From Nostoc sp. (GTDB lineage: Bacteria; Cyanobacteriota; Cyanobacteriia; Cyanobacteriales; Nostocaceae), in contig JBALDB010000011.1 of the NCBI GenBank assembly GCA_036918135.1, positions 224,001 to 288,000 of the forward strand: a stretch of 64,000 bases of DNA, written 5' to 3'. Of the stretch, positions 20,741-30,109 are shown piece after piece. Within the stretch, counting starts at the first letter, position 1. Each line of letters starts with the position of its first letter. Below the pieces are notes generated by a model. It did not search any database. It was given only the letters and a program-made list of their open reading frames with translations, and had not been told where the DNA came from. A program made the translations under genes and the position numbers.

Positions 20741-21782
20741 TATTTAACTCCTAAAATCCTAAATCTTAGTGCAGAGTATCTATTTATAACGATAAACTTT
20801 TATGTATTGATTTTGTGGCTGAGTAATCAGAATTTAAAAACTACAATTCAGGAATCGAAGAGTTACAGAATTACAAGAAATTTGTTGAATCAATATACCA
20901 ATCAGCCGATGTTCTTGATAAATTCGGAATTTTTAACGGCAGTTGCTCGTTTATGGAAACTAAAAAGACTGCACCACCTCTTGCTTAAGGTTGAATTCTT
21001 ACCTGGTATGTAGATGAGTGTATTTACTATGTATTTTAACTCAACCACCAAATATATAAGTTTAAGAAGAACTTTTTCCAGATGTTCCTCAGCAAAAATC
21101 AATACTTTAGTTGCTAAAATTCATTTAGTTATAGAAGTATGAGTTAAGCGCATCAAATTTAATTGTTTTTTCTACTTATTCAGTCTATCCTGATCGAGAG
21201 ACATTGATATTTTCTTTTGAGTACAAATTTTATCAGCCCAAAAATTCCTAAAAAAAGTCTTTGAGCCGTGCCTACATTGCTTTGAGGTTGAGTACTCCGC
21301 ACCCCATAACCCCACCTCAAAAATACTAGAACCCCGCTTGAAAAATACTAGCACCCATACCCCAATGAATTTTTCTAAGACTTATCAGGCAATCATTACA
21401 GGCTATGAGTACTATTTTAATAAATTTAATAATCTTAATCGAACTGCGATAAACTGTTTTGTGGAAAGGCGGCTGATATAAAACATATAGGATTTACGCA
21501 GAGATTCCCCTCTACCCCCCAAAATTCTTAAGCGAAAGCTTAGTGAATTAGGGGGGACTTCTTAATCTCTCTTTTGAGAGTCAGCTAATGTGCTTAAACA
21601 TTTTTAGTCATTAGTTATTAGTCTTTAGTCCTTAGTCATTGTTATTAATTATTAGTTATTGTTAACTAACAAAAGACAAAGTACAAAGTTACCAGCGGAT
21701 GTTTCCCGCAAGTAGAACTTTGTAATAAAGGACAAAGGATATATCTTACTGGGTGGATACTACCTAGCAAGGGAGAGCCAAA

Positions 21783-22202
21783 ATGAAAGCCAAACTTTTA
21801 AATCTTCTTACAGTTTGTATAGTTACTTTAGCAGTGCTTTCTCCAGGGCTAGTAGTATTTGGCATAATTTGGGAGCGACATCTTGAGTTATTAGAATCAC
21901 AGAATTTAGCCTGCCAAGTGAACAAGACTAGTGGAGCGATCGCTGTGACTCCCCAGACAGAAAGTACACCATTATCTCAAACTAGCATCCAATCCTCTGA
22001 CCAGAATGTGGTTAATCAAATGGTGACTATTGCTGAGCAATATAAATTTGGCACTATCCTGCAATGGTTCTTTTTGTTAATCCCGATTTGTGTTGGGTTA
22101 GGAATAATCTTTTACGATAGATATCTTGTTTATCGTGCTGCTATTTTCAAAGAACAAGTTGAAATGTTGGAAAGGCTATGGCAGCAAAGTATCGAACAGT
22201 AA
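21783..22202 (+). CDS. Hypothetical two-TM membrane protein
   Basis: GGAG RBS; two hydrophobic segments. Confidence 0.7.
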   Translation: MKAKLLNLLTVCIVTLAVLSPGLVVFGIIWERHLELLESQNLACQVNKTSGAIAVTPQTESTPLSQTSIQSSDQNVVNQMVTIAEQYKFGTILQWFFLLIPICVGLGIIFYDRYLVYRAAIFKEQVEMLERLWQQSIEQ

Positions 22203-22288
22203 CTAATTATTCCATCTAAGATTTATTTAGAGATTTTTAAATCTCTGACTAGGCTCCAAATTTGTTCATTCAAATCAATAGATTTACC

Positions 22289-22555
22289 ATGACAGAACAA
22301 CGCCAACAATTGTACTTTAACCTAATTGATGAGCTACTTAAATGTCCTAATGGTCAGGAGCCAGAAGTTTTAGAAGCTCATCCAGAATTAATTGATTCTG
22401 GCTTTGTAGAAACAATGTTACAAGTGGCAACTATGTTCGCCCATGAAGGCAATCAAGATGGAGCAAAATTTTTATTTTTTGTAGCACGTGAGCTAGCGAA
22501 ACAACTAGGTTTATATCCTGAAGTTTCCAACTCTGAAGTTGTTAATAAGGAGTAA
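22289..22555 (+). CDS. Hypothetical protein (domain often seen N-terminal to cyanobacterial TPR/CHAT proteins)
   Basis: YFNLIDELLKCPNGQEPEVLEAHPELID motif. Confidence 0.7.
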   Translation: MTEQRQQLYFNLIDELLKCPNGQEPEVLEAHPELIDSGFVETMLQVATMFAHEGNQDGAKFLFFVARELAKQLGLYPEVSNSEVVNKE

Positions 22556-22557
22556 AA

Positions 22558-22869
22558 ATGTTATTGACTTCAACTGATGCCGGACAAATAGCTTTAGAGC
22601 TACTTATGGCAGATTGGAACATTTCAGAAGAAAATAGAGAGTGGTTTACAATGTTTAACTCTCGTCTGATTGGCGAGAGTTGGTACATTGTAGAACTAGG
22701 TATAGAAGGATTTCCAGACCGGTGGTTTATTCAAGTATATGACAATGGAGTGTGCGATCCAAACTATACATTTATTTCACCAATTTCTGGTTCTGAAGGA
22801 TTTGCAGACTTGATCAACCTGCCGGATATTGTAGCAGAGATTTTAGTTTGCGAACGCAATGCTCGATAA
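22558..22869 (+). CDS. Conserved hypothetical protein
   Basis: AAGGAG RBS; starts 2 nt after the upstream stop. Confidence 0.7.
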   Translation: MLLTSTDAGQIALELLMADWNISEENREWFTMFNSRLIGESWYIVELGIEGFPDRWFIQVYDNGVCDPNYTFISPISGSEGFADLINLPDIVAEILVCERNAR

Positions 22870-23253
22870 TAACAATTAATAATTAAAAATTCCGGATTCA
22901 AAATAAAAATGTACAATTTAGCTGCATTTGATTGAATTCATCTTTTCTGAATCAAATAAAAAAGCTGTAAGCAAATGAGAGGTATCCCAAATCAGGTATA
23001 CCTCTTTTTTGTATAAAACATAGCATAATTGAGGATTGTAAACTCAGAAGTTAAATAAGCTTGATGTTGTACTTTAACTTGAGAAAAATCTCCTAGAGTA
23101 TTTTAATTTATCCTCAGCAAGGTATCACTCAAATAAACTTTTTACTTTTTTGCTATTAACTATCAAAATAAATTGCCATCTTTAATATTTTATTTCAATT
23201 AACTAAGTTAATTTATCATCTTTAATTGACAATATTATGTTATATTAAATAGA

Positions 23254-23619
23254 GTGATGGACGCTACAGAAATATCAGTTGAAATGATTGCTGAAGACAT
23301 CTTAGCTAAAGAATTCACAAGAGTCGTTAACCACTACTATCCGACAGTTGGGGAATTACTAGACGGGTGTTATGTGAAAGTCATTACCTGTTTTTGGGGA
23401 CGACCTGCAAGACGCTTGCAATATATAGGAATTTATTGCTCTGATGAAATGATTTCTTGTGTGCAAGCTCAAAAAGAAATACTTCGAGAAGTAGCAGACA
23501 ACATGGGTTTAATGCAGGTAGTCTGCATAAATGCCAAGCGATTGTTACGCGACCCGATGTCGAAGCTCAAACATAACAATCCACGCCTATGGTTGGAGTT
23601 GCAGTGGGTTGCTACCTAA
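23254..23619 (+). CDS. Hypothetical protein
   Basis: 121-aa ORF with normal codon usage. Confidence 0.7.
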   Translation: MMDATEISVEMIAEDILAKEFTRVVNHYYPTVGELLDGCYVKVITCFWGRPARRLQYIGIYCSDEMISCVQAQKEILREVADNMGLMQVVCINAKRLLRDPMSKLKHNNPRLWLELQWVAT

Positions 23620-23865
23620 GACTCTGTGAATTAAAAATCGCCGATTTAAGACTGATATCATGTCCGCTCAAATAACCGTCATTACAACCGTAGGGAAGCA
23701 ATCCTAAAAACTTTGTGATTGCATCGTTTCACTCGCTTCGGACATATTACGGATGAGCCGGACATCAGATAACGCTCTAACGCCAAGAGTTTTAAATCGA
23801 GCAAAGTTACCTTGACAGACTAATAAATAGCCAGCACACACGGTGGGTAAAAAGTACCAACGCTA

Positions 23866-24873
23866 ATGAAAACTGGAATTTTCTGCAATTACGAAAATCA
23901 TCACCAAGATGGTCATCGTGCCATTTTTGAGCAAGTGACGCTGATTAAACAAGCAGAAAGCTTAGGCTTTGAGGAAGCTTGGGTGAGTGAGCATCACTTT
24001 AATGAATCTAATCTTAGCCCATCCATGTTAGTGTTAATGGCGCACTTGGCGGGATTGACTTCAACTATCAAATTAGGTACGGCGGCGGTGTTACTGCCAT
24101 TCTATAACCCAATTAGGGTAGCAGAGGACATTGCCACTTTGGATAACTTGTGCAATGGACGATTATTACTTGGAGTTGCTAAAGGAGGGCCTTTCCCTCA
24201 ACAAAATAAGCATTTTGGCACACCAATGAATGAATCGCGTCCCAAAATGTTAGAGGCAATGGCATTGATTCAAAAGCTTTTATATGAAACTAACGTATCA
24301 TTTAATGGGCAATATTATCAATGCGATCGCCTAACAATTTACCCCAAACCATTGCAGCCAAAAATTCCCGTATATGTTGCCACTGGTGGTGATGATGGTA
24401 TCGAGTTTGCCGCTAAACATTCCTTCAGTTTAATGGGTGGCCCGCCGTTTTCTCTACAAAGATTGAAGAATACGATTGCCAAATATCAAGCGTTAAATAC
24501 TAGTGGTGCAGAAAACTTCGTGCTGGCACGCTTCTTTTATGTTGGCAAAACATTTGATGAGGCAGTGAGTGAAGCGTTACCTTTTATTCGCCAATTTAGC
24601 CAGAAAATGAAAGCTAATTCGGCCCAAACATTGCAAAATAGTGCGAATCCCAACCAAAAACCATTCGATCGCACAAACATTTGTTTCGATCAAGACTATT
24701 TGATTGAGAACTCAATTATCGGTGATGTGGAGACTTGTCGAGACAAAATCAAAAAATTTCAGGATGAATTGAATTTAGGTACGCTAGCACTCAAACCCTC
24801 ATCTTTAGATATGGAAAAAAACCTAGAGAGTTTGACGCGCTACAACCAAGAGGTGCGAAATTATGTCTTCTAA
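23866..24873 (+). CDS. LLM class (luciferase-like) flavin-dependent oxidoreductase
   Basis: AESLGFEEAWVSEHHF, LGTAAVLLP, PIRVAEDIATLD, GRLLLGV motifs. Confidence 0.92.
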   Translation: MKTGIFCNYENHHQDGHRAIFEQVTLIKQAESLGFEEAWVSEHHFNESNLSPSMLVLMAHLAGLTSTIKLGTAAVLLPFYNPIRVAEDIATLDNLCNGRLLLGVAKGGPFPQQNKHFGTPMNESRPKMLEAMALIQKLLYETNVSFNGQYYQCDRLTIYPKPLQPKIPVYVATGGDDGIEFAAKHSFSLMGGPPFSLQRLKNTIAKYQALNTSGAENFVLARFFYVGKTFDEAVSEALPFIRQFSQKMKANSAQTLQNSANPNQKPFDRTNICFDQDYLIENSIIGDVETCRDKIKKFQDELNLGTLALKPSSLDMEKNLESLTRYNQEVRNYVF

Positions 24874-25237
24874 ATTATACCTGCTGCCTCCCGATGATTT
24901 ACCTCCAGCTGAGGTAACAAGAGAGGATGGAATGTTGCAGATGGAATTAGAACAGTCTACTGGCAGATGCTTTTATTTAGCCTGCGATCGCATTACGCGA
25001 GTGCTGTTATCTAATTGTCAATGGTATTTGACAACAAATACCAATATTCTCACATTAATTATTGACTGCCCCGACTTAGTATCTTACTGGCATATTGTCA
25101 GCAATATTCCCCAGTTAGGTAATCGGTTAGAGCGGTTTAGTAGTAACGCCAAAATTCGCGTTTATCCACCATTTGGCAAAGGGATGCCATTTGAAATTGG
25201 TGTCAATGAAATTTCAGCCTATCGAGATTGGCTTTGA
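24863..25237 (+). CDS. Hypothetical protein, paralogue of 47834-48211
   Basis: Overlaps the LLM stop; shared motifs CDR..LLSNC.WY, AKIRV.PP, PFE, YRD. Confidence 0.8.
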   Translation: MSSKLYLLPPDDLPPAEVTREDGMLQMELEQSTGRCFYLACDRITRVLLSNCQWYLTTNTNILTLIIDCPDLVSYWHIVSNIPQLGNRLERFSSNAKIRVYPPFGKGMPFEIGVNEISAYRDWL

Positions 25238-25351
25238 GGTCAATAAACATCATATATATTTATTCACCATTATCTCTATCTACACACCCTGTACTCTAAG
25301 AGTGCAGGGTGTTGCAATAAATAGAGTTACAACATTGTCTTTAGTATTTGC

Positions 25352-26120
25352 TTAGGCCAAAATTACCATTCCAGAAGCAGGCAAATCAATTCGCACCGTT
25401 GCGCGACCATCGTTATGATGTTGTACGGCTACAGTTTGATTCTGCCGTGGGTTGCGTAAATCGGCATTGCTCCAATCGCTTTTGTATAAAAATAATTGCA
25501 CACCGACAGCATGAGCGACTTGCTCATAGAGATTAGGCACATTACTATATGCGGCAAATCGCTGCTTATTATTAGGGAATGACATCCACTCGTCATCCAA
25601 GACACAGACATGATATATTCCAATTTGGCGATATTCTCCGGCGAGATTGTTGCTATACAAATCAAAAAATTGCTTTGGATCTACTAAACCTTTTGCAAGT
25701 GCAGTCAATTCATTAGGAGCCTGCACGTTGTCTAATACAGCACTAAGGTTGCGACCAATAATGTCTATGTCAGCACCAGCCATACTCCTGCAAGTCATTT
25801 CCCCAGCCAGTAAAAAGTTGTCTTTACCAATAGATTGGGTGTACTCAGAAATAGCAGTGCAGAATTTGCGGGAATCTTCTAAAGAAACCTGTTTGAGCGA
25901 TTCTATGCAAAAGCCATCGCAGTCACAAACAGCAATCCAATATTGGTAAACTCTTGCTAAAGCTGCAATCAGGTCATCCCGATAGAACCAGTTATCAGCG
26001 CTCTGGTTATAAATTACATATAGGATGACATACATCCTGCGATCGTGAGCAGCATCAATTAAATCTCTTAAATCTTGACGAGTGCCAAAGTGGGGGTCAA
26101 TATCCAAAAAGTCTTGAATG
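25352..26120 (-). pseudogene. Internally deleted alpha-amylase (GH13) remnant
   Basis: IQDFLDIDPHFGTRQDLRDLIDAAH (region I). Degenerate DGFCIESLK where DGFRID is expected. No N-terminus; far too short. Confidence 0.75.
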
Positions 26121-26151
26121 CGATCGCTAATAATTCAACAAAATATTCAAG

Positions 26152-26985
26152 TTAATTAATCTGCACTTTTTCTGTCAACCATTTATACCAATTATCTAAG
26201 CCTATACCAGTAGTTGCAGAGACTTGAAAGATTTGAATTTGCGGATTTACTTGCTTAGCATAGTCTATGCATTTTTGCACATCAAATTGTACATAAGCTA
26301 GCAAATCAATTTTGGTCAAAATCATGATGTCACTAGCACGGAACATGTGGGGATATTTCATCGGCTTATCTTCTCCTTCTGTGACGGAGAGAATCACGAC
26401 TTTTGCATTTTCTCCTAAATCAAATAAAGCCGGACAAACCAAATTTCCGACGTTTTCAATCATCACAACTGAGTTCAACGGTGGATTTAGTTGTTGTAAA
26501 CCTCTGTCTATCATTGATGCATCTAAATGACAGCCTGTTCCAGTGTTAATTTGAATAACTTTACAACCTGTTTCTTGAATTTTTTTAGCATCATTAGCAG
26601 TTTCTTGGTCGCCTTCAATTACACTAATAGGTAACTGATGCTTTAAATCATTGATAGTGCGAGTTAAAAGAGTTGTTTTCCCAGCGCCAGGAGAACTCAT
26701 TAAATTTAAAGCAGTAATATTTCGACCTTTAAACCATCCCCGGCTTTGAGCTGCTATTAAATTATTCTTTGCTAATATATCCTGTTCTAAGGATATAGTT
26801 GTGCCATGTATCTTGGCATGAACTTGAGATGCTTCTGTATGAGGTTCATGACTGTGAGAATGGGTAATTACAGTGCCATCAGCTAAAGTATGAGTATGAT
26901 GATGGTGATTGTGTTCACCTTCACTTACTTCCAGATTAGTAATTTTAGTTTCACCATCATCAGAACAACCGCAAGTTACACACAT
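26152..26985 (-). CDS. hypB: Hydrogenase nickel incorporation GTPase
   Basis: MCVTCGC, His-rich stretch, SSPGAGKT, ENVGNLVCP, EGEDKP. Confidence 0.97.
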   Translation of the reverse strand: MCVTCGCSDDGETKITNLEVSEGEHNHHHHTHTLADGTVITHSHSHEPHTEASQVHAKIHGTTISLEQDILAKNNLIAAQSRGWFKGRNITALNLMSSPGAGKTTLLTRTINDLKHQLPISVIEGDQETANDAKKIQETGCKVIQINTGTGCHLDASMIDRGLQQLNPPLNSVVMIENVGNLVCPALFDLGENAKVVILSVTEGEDKPMKYPHMFRASDIMILTKIDLLAYVQFDVQKCIDYAKQVNPQIQIFQVSATTGIGLDNWYKWLTEKVQIN

Positions 26986-27317
26986 AATTCCTCTATTTCT
27001 ATTTCTTTAATTTTTAGTTCTTCACCAGATATTAAATTTAATTCCACGCTACCGCAGCTACAAATACCAAATGGCTTATCTAGATAAATTTCTGCACCGC
27101 ATTGCTGACATCTCCCTAAACCGGGAATTTCTAAAATTTCTAATGTCGATGCTTGTAAAACTGTTCCTTGTGTACAAATATCAAAACAAAATCGGATAGC
27201 CTCGGGCATAATAGCTGAAAGTTTGCCAATTTCTAATACAACTCGTTGTACTTTTGCGCCTTTTACATGTTCAGCTACAATTGCTACAATATTTTGAGTA
27301 ATTCCTAATTCGTGCAT
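26976..27317 (-). CDS. hypA: Hydrogenase nickel metallochaperone
   Basis: MHELGI; CQQC...CSCG; GEEL. Confidence 0.96.
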   Translation of the reverse strand: MHELGITQNIVAIVAEHVKGAKVQRVVLEIGKLSAIMPEAIRFCFDICTQGTVLQASTLEILEIPGLGRCQQCGAEIYLDKPFGICSCGSVELNLISGEELKIKEIEIEELCV

Positions 27318-27335
27318 CTAAAAATATTTTAAAAA

Positions 27336-28418
27336 TTAACAAATTCGGGGCAATTGTTCGCCTACCAACATATCAACAATTCTTTCAGCACCAAAAATTG
27401 TTTTTAATGAGACGATACCTGGAGGCGAGGTAATAACTTCACCAATCATACAAGCATCTTTTCCTGCTGGGTGAGATTTCATAGCGGATAAAATAGATGC
27501 AGCATTTTCTCTTTTTGCCACTACAACTAATTTACCTTCATTAGCTAAATACAATGGATCTAAACCCAAAATTTCGCAAACACCTTTCACTTCTTCACGC
27601 ACTGGAATAAATTCTTCATCGAGGCGAATTCCTACATTTGAACTGGAGGCAAATTCATTTAAAACTGTAGCTAAACCACCACGTGTTACATCCCGCATTG
27701 CATGAACCTGGGGACAGACATTGAGGATAGTTGCTACTAAATCATACAACGCCTGACAGTCACTCTCAATATTAGTTTCTAAAGCTAGTTCTCCACGTGC
27801 AATTAAAATTGCTGCCCCATGATTACCTAATTCACCATTAATAATTACAGCATCCCCAGGTTGAATATTGCGAGCAGAAATGTTAACTCCTTGTGGAATG
27901 ATACCAATACCAGCAGTATTAATAAACAGTTTATCAGCAGCACCGCGATGTACAACTTTTGTGTCACCAGTGACAATTTGAACACCAGCATTTTTCGCTG
28001 CTGTTTTCATGCTGGCTGCGATACATCGCAAGGTTTCTATGGGTAATCCTTCTTCTATAATTACGCTACAAGTTAAATATAAAGGTTTAGCGCCACTGAC
28101 AGCTAAATCATTCACTGTACCGTTGATGGCTAATTCTCCGATGTCACTACCTGGAAAAAATAAAGGGTCTACAACATAAGAATCTGTGGTAAAAGCGAGT
28201 CTATCTCCCTGTTGTAAAAGAGGGGATAAGTTAAAGGTTGCTTGGTCTTCTAATTGAGAGAGAATTGGGTTATCAAAAGTATTAACAAAGATATCATCAA
28301 TTAAATCGCGCATGGCTTTACCACCGCTACCATGTGCGAGAGTTATATGAGTATCTTGGATTTTATGGGATTTTGTCAATAGAGGATTTTGTATTGAGTT
28401 TGTGGGGAAAAGATTCAT
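27336..28418 (-). CDS. hypE: Hydrogenase maturation carbamoyl dehydratase
   Basis: AHGSGG, GTVNDLA, ANEGK, C-terminal LPRIC. Confidence 0.97.
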   Translation of the reverse strand: MNLFPTNSIQNPLLTKSHKIQDTHITLAHGSGGKAMRDLIDDIFVNTFDNPILSQLEDQATFNLSPLLQQGDRLAFTTDSYVVDPLFFPGSDIGELAINGTVNDLAVSGAKPLYLTCSVIIEEGLPIETLRCIAASMKTAAKNAGVQIVTGDTKVVHRGAADKLFINTAGIGIIPQGVNISARNIQPGDAVIINGELGNHGAAILIARGELALETNIESDCQALYDLVATILNVCPQVHAMRDVTRGGLATVLNEFASSSNVGIRLDEEFIPVREEVKGVCEILGLDPLYLANEGKLVVVAKRENAASILSAMKSHPAGKDACMIGEVITSPPGIVSLKTIFGAERIVDMLVGEQLPRIC

Positions 28419-28495
28419 ATTAAAGTGGGGGATTTTTTTAACGCAAAGGAACGCAAAGGGAAGCGCAGAGGTTCGCAGAGTATTTGTAAGATGTA

Positions 28496-29680
28496 TTAGT
28501 CTAAAGAAAAACCACAGGCAGGAAGAGGTTCTTGGGTGATGGTGATTTTTGGTTTCTCAGCTATTACTTTTTTAGCCATTGTAGAGAGTCGCCCATATTT
28601 GTAATAGGCTGCACAAGCACCTTCAGAAGATACCATACAAGTGCCAATGGGTGTTTCTGGTGTGCAAGCTGTACCAAATATTTTGCATTCCCAAGGTTTT
28701 AAAACTCCTTTGAGAATTTCTCCACATTTACAAGCTTTATGGTCAGCTACTTTGAGATTAGGAATGGTAAATTTAAGTTCAGCATCAAATTGAGCATATT
28801 CAGGTTGAATTTTTAATCCTGAATAGGAAATATCGCCCAAACCCCGCCAATCAAAACTATTTCGGACAGCAAAAACTTTATTTATCGCTTGCAGTGCTTG
28901 TGTATTCCCAGATTTTTGGACAATTCGATTATATTGGTTTTCAACTTGACAACGATTTTCTACTAGCTGTTGTAACAGCATCCAAATTGATTGGAGAATA
29001 TCTAAAGGTTCAAATCCTGAAACGACAATTGGCTTATTATATTGTTGAGAAATAAATTCATAAGGCTCAGTACCAATTACCATGCTTACATGACCAGGCC
29101 CAACAAATCCATCCAATTGTAAATCGGGGTTATCTAGTAGCGCTTTGAGGGCGGGTATCACAAGCACGTGATTGCAAAACATACTGAAGTTATGAATTTC
29201 TTCGGCTGCTGCTTGCAGAATGGTGAAGGCGGTGCTGGGGGCTGTGGTTTCAAAGCCTAAGGCGAAGAAAACTACTTCTTTGTTGGGGTTATCTTTAGCA
29301 ATTTGCAGGCTATCCAAAGGAGAGTACACCATCCGGATGTCTGCGCCTTGTGCCCTGGCTTGTAGTAAACTTGTTTTGGAACCAGGAACTCGCATCGCAT
29401 CGCCAAATGTAGTGAAGATGACGTTAGGATTTTCAGAGATAGCGATCGCATCATCTAATCTTCCTTTTGGCATAACACATACTGGACAACCAGGCCCATG
29501 AATTAGTTCGATGCGATCGGGCAAAGTCTCTTCAATGCCATATTTAAATATAGAATGGGTATGCCCGCCGCACACTTCCATTATTTTGATTGGTTTTTTT
29601 AATTGCTGGCATAATTTTGCAATTTCATAGCGTAAGGCTTCAGCTTTTTCTCTTTCGCGGAATTCATCAACGTATTTCAT
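28496..29680 (-). CDS. hypD: Hydrogenase formation protein
   Basis: MEVCGGHTH, GPGCPVC, GFETT, PGHV, CMVSSEGAC. Confidence 0.97.
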   Translation of the reverse strand: MKYVDEFREREKAEALRYEIAKLCQQLKKPIKIMEVCGGHTHSIFKYGIEETLPDRIELIHGPGCPVCVMPKGRLDDAIAISENPNVIFTTFGDAMRVPGSKTSLLQARAQGADIRMVYSPLDSLQIAKDNPNKEVVFFALGFETTAPSTAFTILQAAAEEIHNFSMFCNHVLVIPALKALLDNPDLQLDGFVGPGHVSMVIGTEPYEFISQQYNKPIVVSGFEPLDILQSIWMLLQQLVENRCQVENQYNRIVQKSGNTQALQAINKVFAVRNSFDWRGLGDISYSGLKIQPEYAQFDAELKFTIPNLKVADHKACKCGEILKGVLKPWECKIFGTACTPETPIGTCMVSSEGACAAYYKYGRLSTMAKKVIAEKPKITITQEPLPACGFSLD

Positions 29681-29814
29681 AGGAATAGAACCATAGTTTT
29701 TGCAAACGAACCGCAAAGGATTAAGTTTTAGAAGTACTAAATTAAACTGATTGCCAGAATTCTCTGTTTTGTTTGTCTACCTTCGTGCCTCTGCGTCAGA
29801 AAAAAGTCTATTAT

Positions 29815-30075
29815 TTAAGTACTAATCTCTACTTGTACAGTTGCTAATTCTTGCAATAACTCTAATGTTTCTGCTGCTTCTTGTTCGTTAATTCGATTCA
29901 TTGCAAAGCCAACATGTATTAATACCCAATCCCCAATACAAGCTTCGGGAGGATGTTGTTCGTCAACAATGCAGGCAATATTTACTTGGCGTTTGACACC
30001 ACCAACATCAACAACAGCTAATTTATGATTAACGTTGGTAATTTCTATAATTTGACCGGGAATTCCTAAACACAT
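29815..30075 (-). CDS. hypC: Hydrogenase assembly chaperone
   Basis: MCLGIPG...LIHVGFA. Confidence 0.97.
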   Translation of the reverse strand: MCLGIPGQIIEITNVNHKLAVVDVGGVKRQVNIACIVDEQHPPEACIGDWVLIHVGFAMNRINEQEAAETLELLQELATVQVEIST

Positions 30076-30109
30076 TTTTACTTTATTTGCGCCTTGGCTT
30101 GAGATGAAT

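Noticed and set aside
22891..22896. DIF1 (TCCGGA) heterocyst promoter
   Set aside because: A single hexamer without convincing downstream spacing; expected by chance.
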